64,000 bases of DNA from an uncultured virus (IMG/VR IMGVR_UViG_3300049581_000068) (IMGVR_UViG_3300049581_000068); one strand, 5' to 3'; counted from the stretch's first letter, positions 8,838 to 20,063 are shown. Notes: generated by a model not told the origin, from the sequence alone. A program made the numbers and translations.

Positions 8838-9232
8838 CGCGGGATCGCTCGGTACAAGTCGGGATACAAAGCCTTGGCGATCTCGCGGAAGACCTTGCCC
8901 CGAAGCTCGGTCGGTATGTCGGCCAGGATCTCGACGGCTTTGGCTCTGACCCACTCGGCGGCTTGCGCGTCGGCGCCGGTTCCGAAGAAGTCGTCGGCGC
9001 TCGGCGGCGGCGCCCCGGCTGGTTCCACGGCGCCGGCGATCTGGTGTCCGGCACTGAGGAATTCCTGAATCAGTCCCGGCTCGTATTCCTTGTCGACCGT
9101 CCACGTCTTCGTCGCGCCGTCGTAGGACCGGCAGTAGGACGGAACCTCTTTGACGATCCGAACGCAGTCGGGGTCGTACGGGAAGTTGACCCTGATCCTC
9201 TTGTCGTCGTCGGTGACGGTGATGGTCGTCAT
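8834..9232 (-). CDS. HARP-like domain protein with DnaJ-like C-terminal helix
   Basis: VNFPYDPD...VKEVP...YDGATKTWTV; FREIAKALYPD. Confidence 0.55.
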   Translation of the reverse strand: MTTITVTDDDKRIRVNFPYDPDCVRIVKEVPSYCRSYDGATKTWTVDKEYEPGLIQEFLSAGHQIAGAVEPAGAPPPSADDFFGTGADAQAAEWVRAKAVEILADIPTELRGKVFREIAKALYPDLYRAIPR

Positions 9233-9255
9233 CTGGCCCCTTGTTAGCCGGTTGC

Positions 9256-9448
9256 GTGGACAATGTGGACAAATGTGGACAAAGTGGACGCTAGTGAGAA
9301 GAAATGTGGTTATTAAAAAATGATCATTTAGTTAGTTATACTTTCTTTCCCTGGTAGAGCGAGTGCTTGCAATTGTTAGCAAGGTGAGCCTTATCTAAAA
9401 AATCTGAAAAAATCACGCGTCGGTGTGGACATGTCCACATTTGTCCAC
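9256..9448. other. Candidate replication origin
   Basis: GTGGAC iterons at 9256, 9265, 9275, 9284, 9425 and inverted copies at 9433, 9443, flanking an AT-rich core, immediately downstream of the primase-helicase. Confidence 0.65.
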
Positions 9449-9469
9449 ATTCAAGATCAGTTTGCTGGA

Positions 9470-11908
9470 TCACAGCTTCACCCACGTCTCGGAGTCGGCT
9501 TTCCAGTCGACCAGCCCAAGGCTGTAAGCGCCCTGCAGCGCGTTCTCGACGGCATCGCGGTCACGGCTGGCGGCCCTGCGCTTCAGATCGCCGAGCGTCA
9601 TGCCCTCATCGCCCGCCTCGCCGAGCTTGTCGACGACCCAGCGGACGATGCGCTGCACCCGCTGCAACTGCTGGTGGGCTTTCTCGACCTCCGCGGAGTG
9701 GCTTTCGATCCCGCGGAGCAGCCCGCGTTCGACGGCCTCGGCGCTGGCGGCCTCGCGGACCTGATCGACCATCAGCTCGCGGGTGTAAGTCGACACGTCG
9801 GCGGCGATACCGGAGAGCTCCCAGTCCTCTGAGGTCATCTCGACGCGGCCGTCGAGCACCGCCAGCGCGTAGGCGAATTTCTCGCGGCAGTACAGCGCGT
9901 GGCCGTCGAGCGCGGTCTGGTCACCCTGCATGGCCTTGACGCGCTCGTCGAGGATCAGGTCGACCGCCTCGGCGGGAATCTGGACCTCCCGCGGGTACTG
10001 CCATTCCAGCGGCGCGGGCAGCGTGAGCGGTCCCGCCTCCCACGGCCGATCCTTGGAGATGCGACTGTCGGTGCCGGGGAACCACATGAACCTCTGCGGG
10101 GTGCCGCCGCCGCCGTCATCGATCAGCCAGCCGGCCCGCGTCGGCTGGACCGACACCACGAACGTCATTCGGTAGGTGTGGGCGCCGATGTGGCGGCGCT
10201 TCTCTTTGGCGGCGTAGGAGAAGCCCAGCGTCTCGCCCGAGAAGCCCGATCGCAGAATTGATAGTGTCGTCGATGCCGAGCGCTGATTCATCGCGGCCAG
10301 CGTGTCCACCTCGTCGGCGGTGAACATCAGGGCTTCGTGTGTCGGCGTCGGATCGTCGTCGTCGTTGGGTCGGCCGAATGCCGCCACAATGCCCTCGCCG
10401 GACCCGACGTTGCGGCTGGGAATGTCGCCCGGTATCAGCAGCCGCGCGCACGCGCTCGAGGCGCCCTTGCCGCCGCCCGATGGCGCCACCACCGCGGCGA
10501 ACCAGTTCAGCGAGCCCCGGCCGCCGATGAGCGGCGGCAGGGTGACGTGCGGGCGCACCAGCGTCAGCGCGCGCGCAGCGGTGTGGGCGAGCACCGCCCA
10601 CGGCGGGCACATGCGCGCCAGCGCCGTCGTGTAGATCATGTGTAGCGACTCGCGGCTGTCCCAGAATCCGCGTTCGATGTGTTCTAAGTCCGACTGCACC
10701 GTTGGCCCCTGAATCGGCACTGGGGTAATGTCGGGTGCAGCGATCCCCGTCGCTGCGTTGGTAGTCAGTTCGGACGCCCCCGTCACCCCCTCGGCGGGGG
10801 TTCCGTTCGTTATCGGGGCGTTTTCGGGTGAAATCTGGGCGTTTTCAGTGCTTTTCGTGGCGTTTGGCACGTCAATCAGGTCAAACCAGTTGACTATCGG
10901 GTCGTTTGCAAGCTCTCTTGCGGCGTTGTCGTTGAACACCATTCGCTGAAATTCGAGCCTGGTGCCCTCTGGCGTGTCGGATTTGTCGACCTGGCGCGCG
11001 GCGACGAGTACCTGGCACAGCAGGCGCAACGACTGCAGCACACCGGGCTCGCCGGACTTGCCCAGCCGCAGGATCGCCATGACGTGGCGCAACGTGGTGT
11101 CGTGGCGCGAGTGCCCCGGCCGGTTGATCTCGCGGACGGCCTCGCGGGTGCGTTCGCGCACCTTCGCAGACGGCTCCCCCTCGGTGAGCGCGACGCGAAT
11201 GTCGATGGGTGTGTTGTCGAGGTTCGATACGTGCTCGACCTGCAGGTTGTCGATCCACGATTGCGGCAGCCAAGGTAGGTCGGCCGGGGTGGGAATCCCG
11301 ATGAGCTGGTCGGATTCGTTGCGCCACCAGTACGGCCGGCCCTCGGGGTGAATCGACGGCCAGCACACCACGTAGCGGTGATGCCATTGGATGATCTCGA
11401 TGTCGCCGATGCCCAGGTCGGGGAACTCGATGCGCCCGCGCAGTTTGGTACCCGGCGGCACCCGAAAGAGCCGGATACCCGAGACGATGTTGCCCTCGCG
11501 GCTGGTCGAGCGCGGTGCCGGTGGTAGCGCCCCCCAGCGCCGAATGGCTTCGGCGAACGCCACCCCGCCTGTCTTGGCGCCGTAGTTGTCGACGTCGATG
11601 CCCACGACGGCGATCTCGCTGTTGTTGGGCACCCGCAGGCACAGGTTCCCGCCGCGGTAGCGTTCGGACTCGGCCCAGGCCATCATGTCGGCGTACGAGG
11701 GATCGATGCCGGTGTAGCCGGTGTAGGCGATGCAGTCCGAGCAACTGGACTGCGACTTCTGGGCGTGCTTGGCGCAGGGGATCGAGACGGCCGGCCACTT
11801 CGTCTGGGCCGCCAGCGGTAGCACCCCGACCCACCCGGCGTTGCGGTACGCCTCGAAAGCTCCCCCGTACCCTATGTTGTTGTCATCAGCGTTGGTGTTC
11901 GACCCCAT
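9470..11908 (-). CDS. Bifunctional DNA primase/polymerase fused to a P-loop helicase-like domain
   Basis: Prim-Pol motifs (VVGIDVD, SGIRLF, YVVCWPSIHP); Walker A APSGGGKG and Walker B-like FTADE. Confidence 0.88.
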   Translation of the reverse strand: MGSNTNADDNNIGYGGAFEAYRNAGWVGVLPLAAQTKWPAVSIPCAKHAQKSQSSCSDCIAYTGYTGIDPSYADMMAWAESERYRGGNLCLRVPNNSEIAVVGIDVDNYGAKTGGVAFAEAIRRWGALPPAPRSTSREGNIVSGIRLFRVPPGTKLRGRIEFPDLGIGDIEIIQWHHRYVVCWPSIHPEGRPYWWRNESDQLIGIPTPADLPWLPQSWIDNLQVEHVSNLDNTPIDIRVALTEGEPSAKVRERTREAVREINRPGHSRHDTTLRHVMAILRLGKSGEPGVLQSLRLLCQVLVAARQVDKSDTPEGTRLEFQRMVFNDNAARELANDPIVNWFDLIDVPNATKSTENAQISPENAPITNGTPAEGVTGASELTTNAATGIAAPDITPVPIQGPTVQSDLEHIERGFWDSRESLHMIYTTALARMCPPWAVLAHTAARALTLVRPHVTLPPLIGGRGSLNWFAAVVAPSGGGKGASSACARLLIPGDIPSRNVGSGEGIVAAFGRPNDDDDPTPTHEALMFTADEVDTLAAMNQRSASTTLSILRSGFSGETLGFSYAAKEKRRHIGAHTYRMTFVVSVQPTRAGWLIDDGGGGTPQRFMWFPGTDSRISKDRPWEAGPLTLPAPLEWQYPREVQIPAEAVDLILDERVKAMQGDQTALDGHALYCREKFAYALAVLDGRVEMTSEDWELSGIAADVSTYTRELMVDQVREAASAEAVERGLLRGIESHSAEVEKAHQQLQRVQRIVRWVVDKLGEAGDEGMTLGDLKRRAASRDRDAVENALQGAYSLGLVDWKADSETWVKL

Positions 11909-11927
11909 GAAGCGACAATACTGGCTG

Positions 11928-14900
11928 TCAGGTACTTAACAGCAGATACTCGGGGGACGACACTCCGAGCCGTTCAAGATCGGCTCTAGTGAGTAGCCGT
12001 TGGTTCTTCATGTCTAGGTCTTTGTTCCACCAGTCGGGGTGTTCGTGGTTGCCGGGATTGCGGCTGATCAAGTTGCTCACGTGCCTGTCGGTGATTCCCG
12101 CGGAGTAGGCTTGCGAACACATGAATTCGCCTTGCCAGCAAGAGGATTCGAAACATTTATCGCACACGGTGATCAACGGATCGTACTGGTTCAAGGATCA
12201 GTCCTTCGGGTTGAGTCGTTGGTTGAGTTGTTCGCTGGTGATGCCCGGTCCGATGGCGACCCACGGGCTGACCATCCGGCTTTTCGGGGTCCACTCGATG
12301 TGGCGCCGCGGTCGGGGGTTGACGAACCGCTCGTCCATGATCGGCTTTCCCTCTGCATCAAGATCGTCGATCCACACCGGGTGCGTCTCGACTTCTTCTC
12401 TGAGCTCGAGGCGTTCGATCAGGTAGTCGATGATGTCTTCCATGTAGAAGCTGCCGCATCCGGCGTCGATGATGTCGTACTCGCGATCGACGTAGCCCGT
12501 GCAGCGAGACTCGAACGCTCCCCAAATAGCTTCAGTCAGTTGCTCTTTCATGGTTTCGGCCACTGTATCAGCCCTTCTAACTGCCGACGCTCATCGCCGA
12601 GATCGGTCAACCTGCACTCGAAAGATTTAGTGCGCGTCTCGGTGACGGTGAATTCGTCGATAGCCATCACGAAGATGCGCTTGAACCCACTTGGGCCGAA
12701 ATGATCGAGAGACAGTAGAAGTCTTCCGTGTTCCTCTGTGATGTTGTCGCGAATCGCCTTGGCTAATGGATGATTGTCGGGCAGCTCGAGTTTCATGGGG
12801 CACCTACCGGCTCGTAGTCGGATTCGAATGCGGCCCGTTTGCGGATCTGAAACACTCCGTCAACAAAGGTGATGTAGTCGCCGGGGCCGAGGTATTGCCA
12901 ATCCCAGCTTGTTCTATACTTGATGTAGATACCTTCATCGACACGCTCTTGAGCTTCTTGCGGGAATAATCCGCCGCTACTGTATGGCCGGTAGTCGCGC
13001 CATGTAGCGGTCCAGTTCTTAGTGCTGTTGACCCAGTGGATGATTGGATCAGCGTCTTCACGCTTCCCGCTCCATTGTTCTGCTTCTACTTCGTAAGCCT
13101 TGGGACGATATTTCACGCGAACCTCTTCTCGGACTCGTTGACGATGCGCGCCGTCAATTCGTAGGTGGTGCCGTGCCGGTCGGTGATCTGATACGGCTCG
13201 CCGTCGTCGTGGGTGATGAGCCACAGCGCCACCGCACCGATGGCGAAGCCGGTGACCTCAACGTGAGAGATGAACACGTCGCGGTCGAGCTTTGCATCGC
13301 GACGCACCGGGCCGGCGTGGATCGTGTGCGAAAGCGGTTGGTACTGAACGCCGTAACGCAAGCCGTTGCTCATCCCATCCCCTCAACCGATGGCAAACTG
13401 TTGCGGTTCAATAGCTTCTGCTCGCGCAATACATCTTCGGGAAGGGTGTGCTCATGCACTTCGACGACCTCCCAGAAGTCGCCGGTCGGCTTGAGCTCTA
13501 CCGACTTGCCGAGGTGCGCGCCGCGCGTCTCGATCCATGCGGTGACCTCGGCCGTGCCGCGTCTGAGCTTGCACTGCTTGTATTCTTTCATTGCACCGGC
13601 CTCACTGTCAGGGTCCAACCATGATGTGTCACTTCATCTTTGACCATCTCGTACACCTGCCCAAACACGTCGATGTTCGCCCGATTATTGCAGACGCCAG
13701 CCATCTCGAATGTGAACAACCGCGGGCCGACGAAGCGCGAAGGTCGGGGAAAAAAGTGTTCCACTACTTTGACCTGCACACTGCCGCTGTGGTTGCGCCA
13801 ACTGCTGACGATGTGCAGCAGTTCCGGCTCGGTCTGACGCGGTGGTTCGGGATCGGGTGCGTAGTCCCAGCCGTAGTTGTCGCCGTTCCATTCCTCTTGA
13901 ATCGCTTGCGGTTCCGGTCCTCGCACCGGCGTGCGCTCTCCGTTGTAGCTTTCTTCCGGTGCGTCGTCGTTGAGCCATTCGACGATCAGGCACGAGCCGA
14001 AGTCCTGCATGTCCGGCTCTCGCGGCGGTTCGCGATACTCGCACCCGCATGCCTCGAGGCCGTTGCCGTAGCAGGTTTTGCAGTGCATTCGGCATTTCGC
14101 ACCCACCGGTGCCGTGCATGTGAACACGGTCTTAACGTAGTCGCCGGGGTTGAGAAAATGCTGGACGAAGTGGTATTGCTCGGTCATCAGTCGAGCCCTG
14201 TTTCTGGTGGCGCTAGACGTACGAGAGCTGCGAGTTCCTCGAATGTCTCGGCGAGATATTCGCGCCGCTCTTTGGATTTGGGAAGCCAGAATGTGATGGC
14301 GCTCCGGTCGTCATCTTCCGGTGGATGATGCAGTCGTGGCGATGAATGTAGCAACATTCGGACTGCACTGTATGTGATGCCGGTGTTCGATTTCTTGATT
14401 TCAAGTTCGTACTGCGGACCGTCGCCCTCTTCACCGGGGTCGGTGAAGAGTTCTTGACTGTAGACATTGATTCTCACTGGTGCTCCCCCTCTTTTGATTT
14501 GCGTTGTTCGGCAAGGTAATCCGGCCATCCGTCGACCGGCACGAGGTTGCGCTCGGCGGGCTCGACATCGAGCATCGGTTCGATCTCCTCGACGACTTTG
14601 CCACGGCGGTTCACTGGTGGCTTCGGCGTGAACTCGTCACATCTGTAGGTGTCGCCCCACGTGGCGTTGCGCCGCAGCGTCCACGGGGTCGGCAGCTTCC
14701 CTTGTTCGGCGCGCGCCAGATGCGGGCAGCCGGGGCCGTCGCCAGTGATGCGTTTGGATGCTTCGTCGGGCTGGAAGCACACACGGCAGTGCTTCTCGAC
14801 CCATGCGTCGCGCTGAATGTCGTTGTACCAGACCTGTTTAGGCATTGCGTTGTCCTAATTCTCTCCATGTCGGGCCGTCAGCAATCTTCGGTGCATTCCT

Positions 14901-15855
14901 GAGATACGGATCGAGCTTCAACGCCTCGCCAAGTATCTTCTCGTCGAGGGTTCGCGGACAGGTTTCGTAATGCACCGGTCCGTTGATGTCGCCGAGACTG
15001 CCATGAATGACGCAGTGCCATGTATCGCTTATACACAGGTATGCCAGTGGTGCCGGATGAAATGGTGAGAAGTCCAAATGCCGTGCTGTGCTCTCGAATT
15101 CGGGCGTACTGGGGCAGTCGAGATCGTGATAGACGCAGCGCCAGTCGCAGTCGCACATGTTGCGATCAGCGCGCATCAGGACGCCTGTGCGCGCGATACC
15201 GTCGCACACGCAGTCGCCATCGCAGTAGTCGTCGCCGGCGCAGTCGGGAATGTGATTGCTCATCGCCGCCAACCCTCGGTCCACGCGCAGTCGTTGCAGC
15301 GCTTGTAGCCGCCGTAATGGGGGTATAGGTAGTCGCGCTGGCAGTTGATGCACTGGCGTGACTCGTATTCGGCCTTGGGTAGCTGCCTGTTGGTGACGTG
15401 GAAGTTTCGGCAGTCCTGGCAGCGCTTGTAGCCGCCCTCGGCCGGGAACTGATAGTAGGCGTGACACCATACGCAGCGCCGCATCCCCGGCTTGAACCTA
15501 GCGCGCTCGAAAGCCTCGACAATCGCGGATGTCACGGGTTCAGCATCCCGTTCTCCACCACGGCGTCGAGCATGAGGCGTTCGAGCTCGACGAAAGCGAT
15601 ATAGGTGATGGATTCGTGGACGAGCACTGTGGCGATCGTCGGCGTGAAACCCGGTTCTATATGGGTTTTCTGGGCCTCTTCACGGGTTCGCTGGGATGCG
15701 AATCGCATGAATCGGTAGGTGTGCCTCGGCGCCGGTACCGGTCCCTCGTTTTCAAACGAGGCGGGCTCGGGTGTGTAGATGAACGAGGCGTTCTCGTTGG
15801 CTTCGATCTGGCGGCCGTGCATCGGGCCGCCGACCATCAGATACTTTTTCTTCAT
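11928..15855 (-). CDS. Run of ~12 small hypothetical genes (11928-12194, 12198-12563, 12548-12796, 12793-13116, 13113-13373, 13370-13591, 13588-14187, 14187-14477, 14474-14845, 14838-15263, 15260-15535, 15532-15855), several Cys-rich
   Basis: Contiguous coupled minus-strand ORFs. Confidence 0.7.
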
Positions 15856-16325
15856 GCCAGCATGCCTTTGATGCAGGCCAGCGCGTCCTGGGGGCGCTGC
15901 TCGAGGATCGCCCAGTAGAATCGGCGCTTCTGCAATTCCGGTTCGGCGTTAATGACCCTGATGAGCTTGGTCGCCTCCGTCTTCGACCACGACGGTGCAT
16001 GCACCGGTATGTCGTGCTGCACAGCGTCTTCGGCGTACCACCGGGCTTTGTCGACGTCCTCGCGGCCGTTCTTGTGGTCGCACCGGAAGATGTACTTGAA
16101 CGCGTTGAACCAGTCCGCACCCAGGTGCCGGCAAATTTCGATGGCCTCAATGCCGGACGGGTGGGAGTTGTAGTGCGGGGGATGATCCACCATGTCGACA
16201 GTGACCGGTATCGGTGTCGGCATCTGGTGAATTGGGCAGCTCTGCTTGGGGATTCGGTAGCCATCGGTGTGAGCGCAGATGCACCGGGCTTTTAGGTGAT
16301 CAGTTCCCATGATTTGAAATCCCAT
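15852..16325 (-). CDS. DUF3310-family protein
   Basis: DMVDHPPHYNSHPSGIEAIEI...NAFKYIFRCDHK...EDVDKARWY. Confidence 0.85.
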   Translation of the reverse strand: MGFQIMGTDHLKARCICAHTDGYRIPKQSCPIHQMPTPIPVTVDMVDHPPHYNSHPSGIEAIEICRHLGADWFNAFKYIFRCDHKNGREDVDKARWYAEDAVQHDIPVHAPSWSKTEATKLIRVINAEPELQKRRFYWAILEQRPQDALACIKGMLA

Positions 16326-16328
16326 CTG

Positions 16329-17222
16329 TCAGGGCGCTACTCGGCCGTTGGCGATGAACGCTTCGTATGTCAGCGGTGCCAGCCGCTCGAAATGCCGCTC
16401 GTATTCGAGCGCCACTTGATTGATCTCCCACTGCGGGTTGCTCGGGTAGGCGGCATCGTCGGACTTGACGCGCAGCGACAGAAAGTTCATCAGCGCACGG
16501 CAGTTCATGGTGACGACGCATGTGCTCATCAAGTTGACCGGCAGGCACATGCGTGCGACCTCGCGGACGACGCCAGCTTTCAGCAGCCCTTGGTAACGCC
16601 GGTAGGACTCGCGTGCTGTGGTTTTCAGTTCGTCGGCGACGACGTCGTATGAATCCTCTTCTATCGGTTCAATGACATAGTCCATCGCCTTGGTCCCTTC
16701 GACCTGCACCATCGGCCGGTGCCTCGGCGGTATGTAGAACCGCGGCCGCATGGTGCGGTAGCGGGCCGATTCCTCGTTGTACGACGCCATCCGGTGGCGG
16801 TGATGCTCGCGCCACACGAAAATCGGTGCGGTGACCTGAAATTGGATCCACATGTGCTCGAACGGGCTGCCATGCCGGTCCTTCATCAGCCGGTTGATCA
16901 GACCTTTACGCGCGGCGTGGTCGGCCTCGTCACCCTTCGTCGATGTCCATGCGGCGAAGCAGACCGTGTCGTCGTTGAACGTCGACTCGACGTAGTTGAC
17001 CTCGCAGTGGTCGAACCACTCGAATTCGTCGGCGGGTATCTCGGTCATCTTCAGCTCTCCCGGTTTAGGTTCGGTGACCACCGTCCACGGTGCTACGAAA
17101 TGCAGGTGTCTATCGCGTGAAACTCCACATGGTGTGGCGTCTTTCGCGCCTTGGAAGGTGCAAATCTGCTTGTCCGGATCAAGGCCGGCATAGTCGGTCC
17201 GGTAGACGTGATCGTTGATCAC
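16329..17222 (-). CDS. thyX: Flavin-dependent thymidylate synthase
   Basis: HGSPFEH, REHHRHRMASYNEESARY, REVARMCLP, PQWEI. Confidence 0.96.
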   Translation of the reverse strand: MINDHVYRTDYAGLDPDKQICTFQGAKDATPCGVSRDRHLHFVAPWTVVTEPKPGELKMTEIPADEFEWFDHCEVNYVESTFNDDTVCFAAWTSTKGDEADHAARKGLINRLMKDRHGSPFEHMWIQFQVTAPIFVWREHHRHRMASYNEESARYRTMRPRFYIPPRHRPMVQVEGTKAMDYVIEPIEEDSYDVVADELKTTARESYRRYQGLLKAGVVREVARMCLPVNLMSTCVVTMNCRALMNFLSLRVKSDDAAYPSNPQWEINQVALEYERHFERLAPLTYEAFIANGRVAP

Positions 17223-17863
17223 GACAGCACCCCCTCGATGTCAGGCGGTGTCCAACCTTCGGGTTTGAGCACCTTGCCGTCGTCGCGTCGGATGATCGGC
17301 CCTAGTGAGCCGTCGACTTTGGACAGATTGGATCGAACGACTTCGGCTGCAGCGGCTTCGGCTTTTTCGGGGCCGATGTAGTTGAGCAGGGTGCCCCAGG
17401 CGATGACAATGATGTCCAGAAGACCGTCGACGATTTCGACGTGATCTTCGTCCATCTCGGCGCACCAGTATTCTTTGAATTCCTCACGTAGCAAGTCCTG
17501 GCGCAGCACTCGGTCGGTGTCGGTCCAGTTACTTCCCGGCTCGAGAATGGGGTGTCGAATCTGCCCGGCCAGCTCCATGAAATACTGAGTACCGTCGAGC
17601 AGGTTAGGGAGCTCATTGGCTCGTTCGGCGTTGTGGGCGAACAGGTTTCGCACAGCGTCAGAGAATCCCGGCGCGTCCACCTTGGTCGATGGGGAGCACG
17701 GTGTGTGGTTGCCGTGGACGCAAGGTGCGTCTTTCGGTAGGTGGCCGATTTCGAGAATGCAGATGCACCCACAGATTGGCGAATAGCGTCCGCAAATCTC
17801 GACGTTGTGCCTCTCGCACATGATCTCTTTCATCATCGCGGCCTTTTCCGCAAAATCGCTCAT
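17219..17863 (-). CDS. MazG-like / PRA-PH-like nucleotide pyrophosphohydrolase
   Basis: LREEFKEY...EIVDGLLDII...EVVRSNLSK...RDDGKVLKPEGW. Confidence 0.88.
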   Translation of the reverse strand: MSDFAEKAAMMKEIMCERHNVEICGRYSPICGCICILEIGHLPKDAPCVHGNHTPCSPSTKVDAPGFSDAVRNLFAHNAERANELPNLLDGTQYFMELAGQIRHPILEPGSNWTDTDRVLRQDLLREEFKEYWCAEMDEDHVEIVDGLLDIIVIAWGTLLNYIGPEKAEAAAAEVVRSNLSKVDGSLGPIIRRDDGKVLKPEGWTPPDIEGVLS

Positions 17864-18440
17864 GCTGTCTGCGTCCTCACCTTGTCTTCGATCAGCTCTT
17901 GTTGGATGCGCCGCCCGCGTGCGAGTCGTTCGATCACCCGCACGACGAGATCGGTGTCTTGGGGCCGCGCCTTGATCCAGCGCATCATTTCGTGGTGGAT
18001 GCCGGCCTGCAGGCCGATAAGTCGATCCAGCACCGAGACGATGCGACGGTACTTCCACGCCGGGTGCGCCACCCACGGCTCACCCTCGTAGGTGAAGCTG
18101 GCGTGCAGGCCCATCGGCAGCCCACGCTTCACCGTGATCTGCACGCGTTTGGTGACGTACTCGCTCACCGGCGTAGCCACTCTCCGAGCGCGATCAGCCG
18201 GTTGTGCAGCCGTGCGCGCAGGGTCAGTTTGACCGGGGTGTACCACTCGCCTTTGTAGCCGATGACGAACACGTCACCGTGCTCATCCAATGCGCCGAAC
18301 GCCTCGGGCAGTGAGTCGAGCCAGCCGCCCGGCGGTGGTGGTGCGTTGTCACTGAGCAGTGAGGCCAGTCCGAAAGCGGTCCTCGAGCCTAGCGGTGGGT
18401 GCGCGATGCGCCACTCTCGTTCTTCGTCGACGTTGGTCAT
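17860..18440 (-). CDS. Two hypothetical genes (17860-18168, 18165-18440)
   Basis: Coupled ORFs. Confidence 0.6.
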
Positions 18441-18600
18441 AGCAATCCCCTATCTTGTTGGTAGATGCGTGATTTCGCGGGCTAGTGATATTAGAACCGC
18501 GTGGTATGCGCAAACCCACCGTGTGCTCGGATCGCCGGGTGCCGACCTTACGAGGCCATTTGGCTAAATGTGTACCGGCGCCGAGCTTCCCCTGCAGGGC

Positions 18601-19302
18601 TTAGAACGGCGGCATGTCCGAGAACGTCTTGGCGACGTTGGCTCGGGTAGCGGGATCCATCGAATCCCACGCCGCCTGCGGAATGCCCTCCGGACGCTGC
18701 GGCTCGGCCACAGCCGTGGCTGCCGGTGGTGCCTGGTAGGCCGGCGAGCCGGGAACCGGCTGCTGGTGCACGGCAGGCTGGCCGGTGGCCGTCGACATGA
18801 CAGGTGCAGAATCCGCCGGCGAGCTGAAGTACGACGCCGTGGCTGCCGCGCTCGGAGACTTGTACGTCGCCGAGAACTTGTTCGTCGGGTTCAGGCCCGG
18901 CCGGTCCGGTGGTGTGCGCTCGATCAACGTCACCGTCAATTCGGCACCCACCTCGGGCGGCCCCTGCCGGCCCGCCTTTTGCACGGCGTCACCGATCGCT
19001 CCGCGCATCCACCCGCCGACGTACAGCGAGCGCCGGCCGTCGTCGGGCTCGGCCGCGGTTTCCGGTGGCTTGCACATCTCGAAGTTGCGGAACGGGGTCT
19101 GCAGATCGATGCGAACCTGCATGATCGGCGTCACGCCGTCCGGCTTGAACTTCGGCTGGTTGGTCGCCGGATCGGTGACCTGCTGGGGAGGATGCACCGC
19201 CTCGATGGTGCCGGACACCGACGCGCCGATCGGGCGGTCCTTCCAGGTGACCGACTTGCCGCCGCCGGCGCTGAAGAAATTGTCGAGAGAGGGTTGTGTC
19301 AT
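18601..19302 (-). CDS. Probable single-stranded DNA-binding protein
   Basis: Actinophage SSB-like core (IGASVSGTI...DDGRRSLYV...PEVGAELTV), Pro/Ala-rich tail ending PPF. Confidence 0.65.
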   Translation of the reverse strand: MTQPSLDNFFSAGGGKSVTWKDRPIGASVSGTIEAVHPPQQVTDPATNQPKFKPDGVTPIMQVRIDLQTPFRNFEMCKPPETAAEPDDGRRSLYVGGWMRGAIGDAVQKAGRQGPPEVGAELTVTLIERTPPDRPGLNPTNKFSATYKSPSAAATASYFSSPADSAPVMSTATGQPAVHQQPVPGSPAYQAPPAATAVAEPQRPEGIPQAAWDSMDPATRANVAKTFSDMPPF

Positions 19303-19367
19303 CGTTGTACTTTCTGTTGTGAGTTGCGATATTCAATTGTAGTTTCTCCCAATGGATTTGGGAAGTC

Positions 19368-20063
19368 TTATAGGAATCTCGGAATCGCGACGTCGCCGCC
19401 CTCATCGAGCAGCGTTCGGAATGTGCCGTCCATCATGTAGAAGCGACCGCCGAGCCCCCAGCCATCGCCCCATGAGTTCTCGAACCGAATCAGGTATTGG
19501 TTGTCGGCGTTGAGCCGTCGAAAGCCGCTCGCGAGGTATTCGTGTTGACCGGCCAGGTCGCCATCGATTGTCACGACACCGAGCTTGTTGGGCTTCATCA
19601 TGGATTTGTACCAATTGGTACCGACAAGCACCGGTTGGGTTTCGAGCGCCTGCAGAAAAGCGTCGAACCCGAATGCCCACTGGTAGCGGGTGATGATCCC
19701 GCGATCCTTCCACCATTTCATCAGGCCGATGGCCGACGAACCGTTGTCCGTGGGCGGGTAGGTCCAATCGAACGGGTCGTTGAGCGTGGCGTTGTGGTAA
19801 TTGACGATGCCCTGGTCGTTGCCGAGATACAGGTTGCGCTGACGCATGTTCACTTCGTTGAATCGCTTCCGACTCTTGTATGCCGCAGTGCAATTGAGCA
19901 TGTTCGCGCCCGAGAAGCCGACACAACCCGACGTGTAGAACTGGTCGACATGCGGTGCATCGAACCTGTGCGTTACCGACGACGAGACTTGACGAGTCGA
20001 CTTGTAGGCGTAGTCACGCGACCGCGGATCATGCAGTTGGATCCGTCCGAGATCATTCGCCAC
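19368..20063 (-). CDS. Papain-like (peptidase C1) cysteine protease
   Basis: DQFYTSGCVGF (Q, C), GQHEY (H), ENSWGDGWG (N). Confidence 0.88.
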   Translation of the reverse strand: MANDLGRIQLHDPRSRDYAYKSTRQVSSSVTHRFDAPHVDQFYTSGCVGFSGANMLNCTAAYKSRKRFNEVNMRQRNLYLGNDQGIVNYHNATLNDPFDWTYPPTDNGSSAIGLMKWWKDRGIITRYQWAFGFDAFLQALETQPVLVGTNWYKSMMKPNKLGVVTIDGDLAGQHEYLASGFRRLNADNQYLIRFENSWGDGWGLGGRFYMMDGTFRTLLDEGGDVAIPRFL

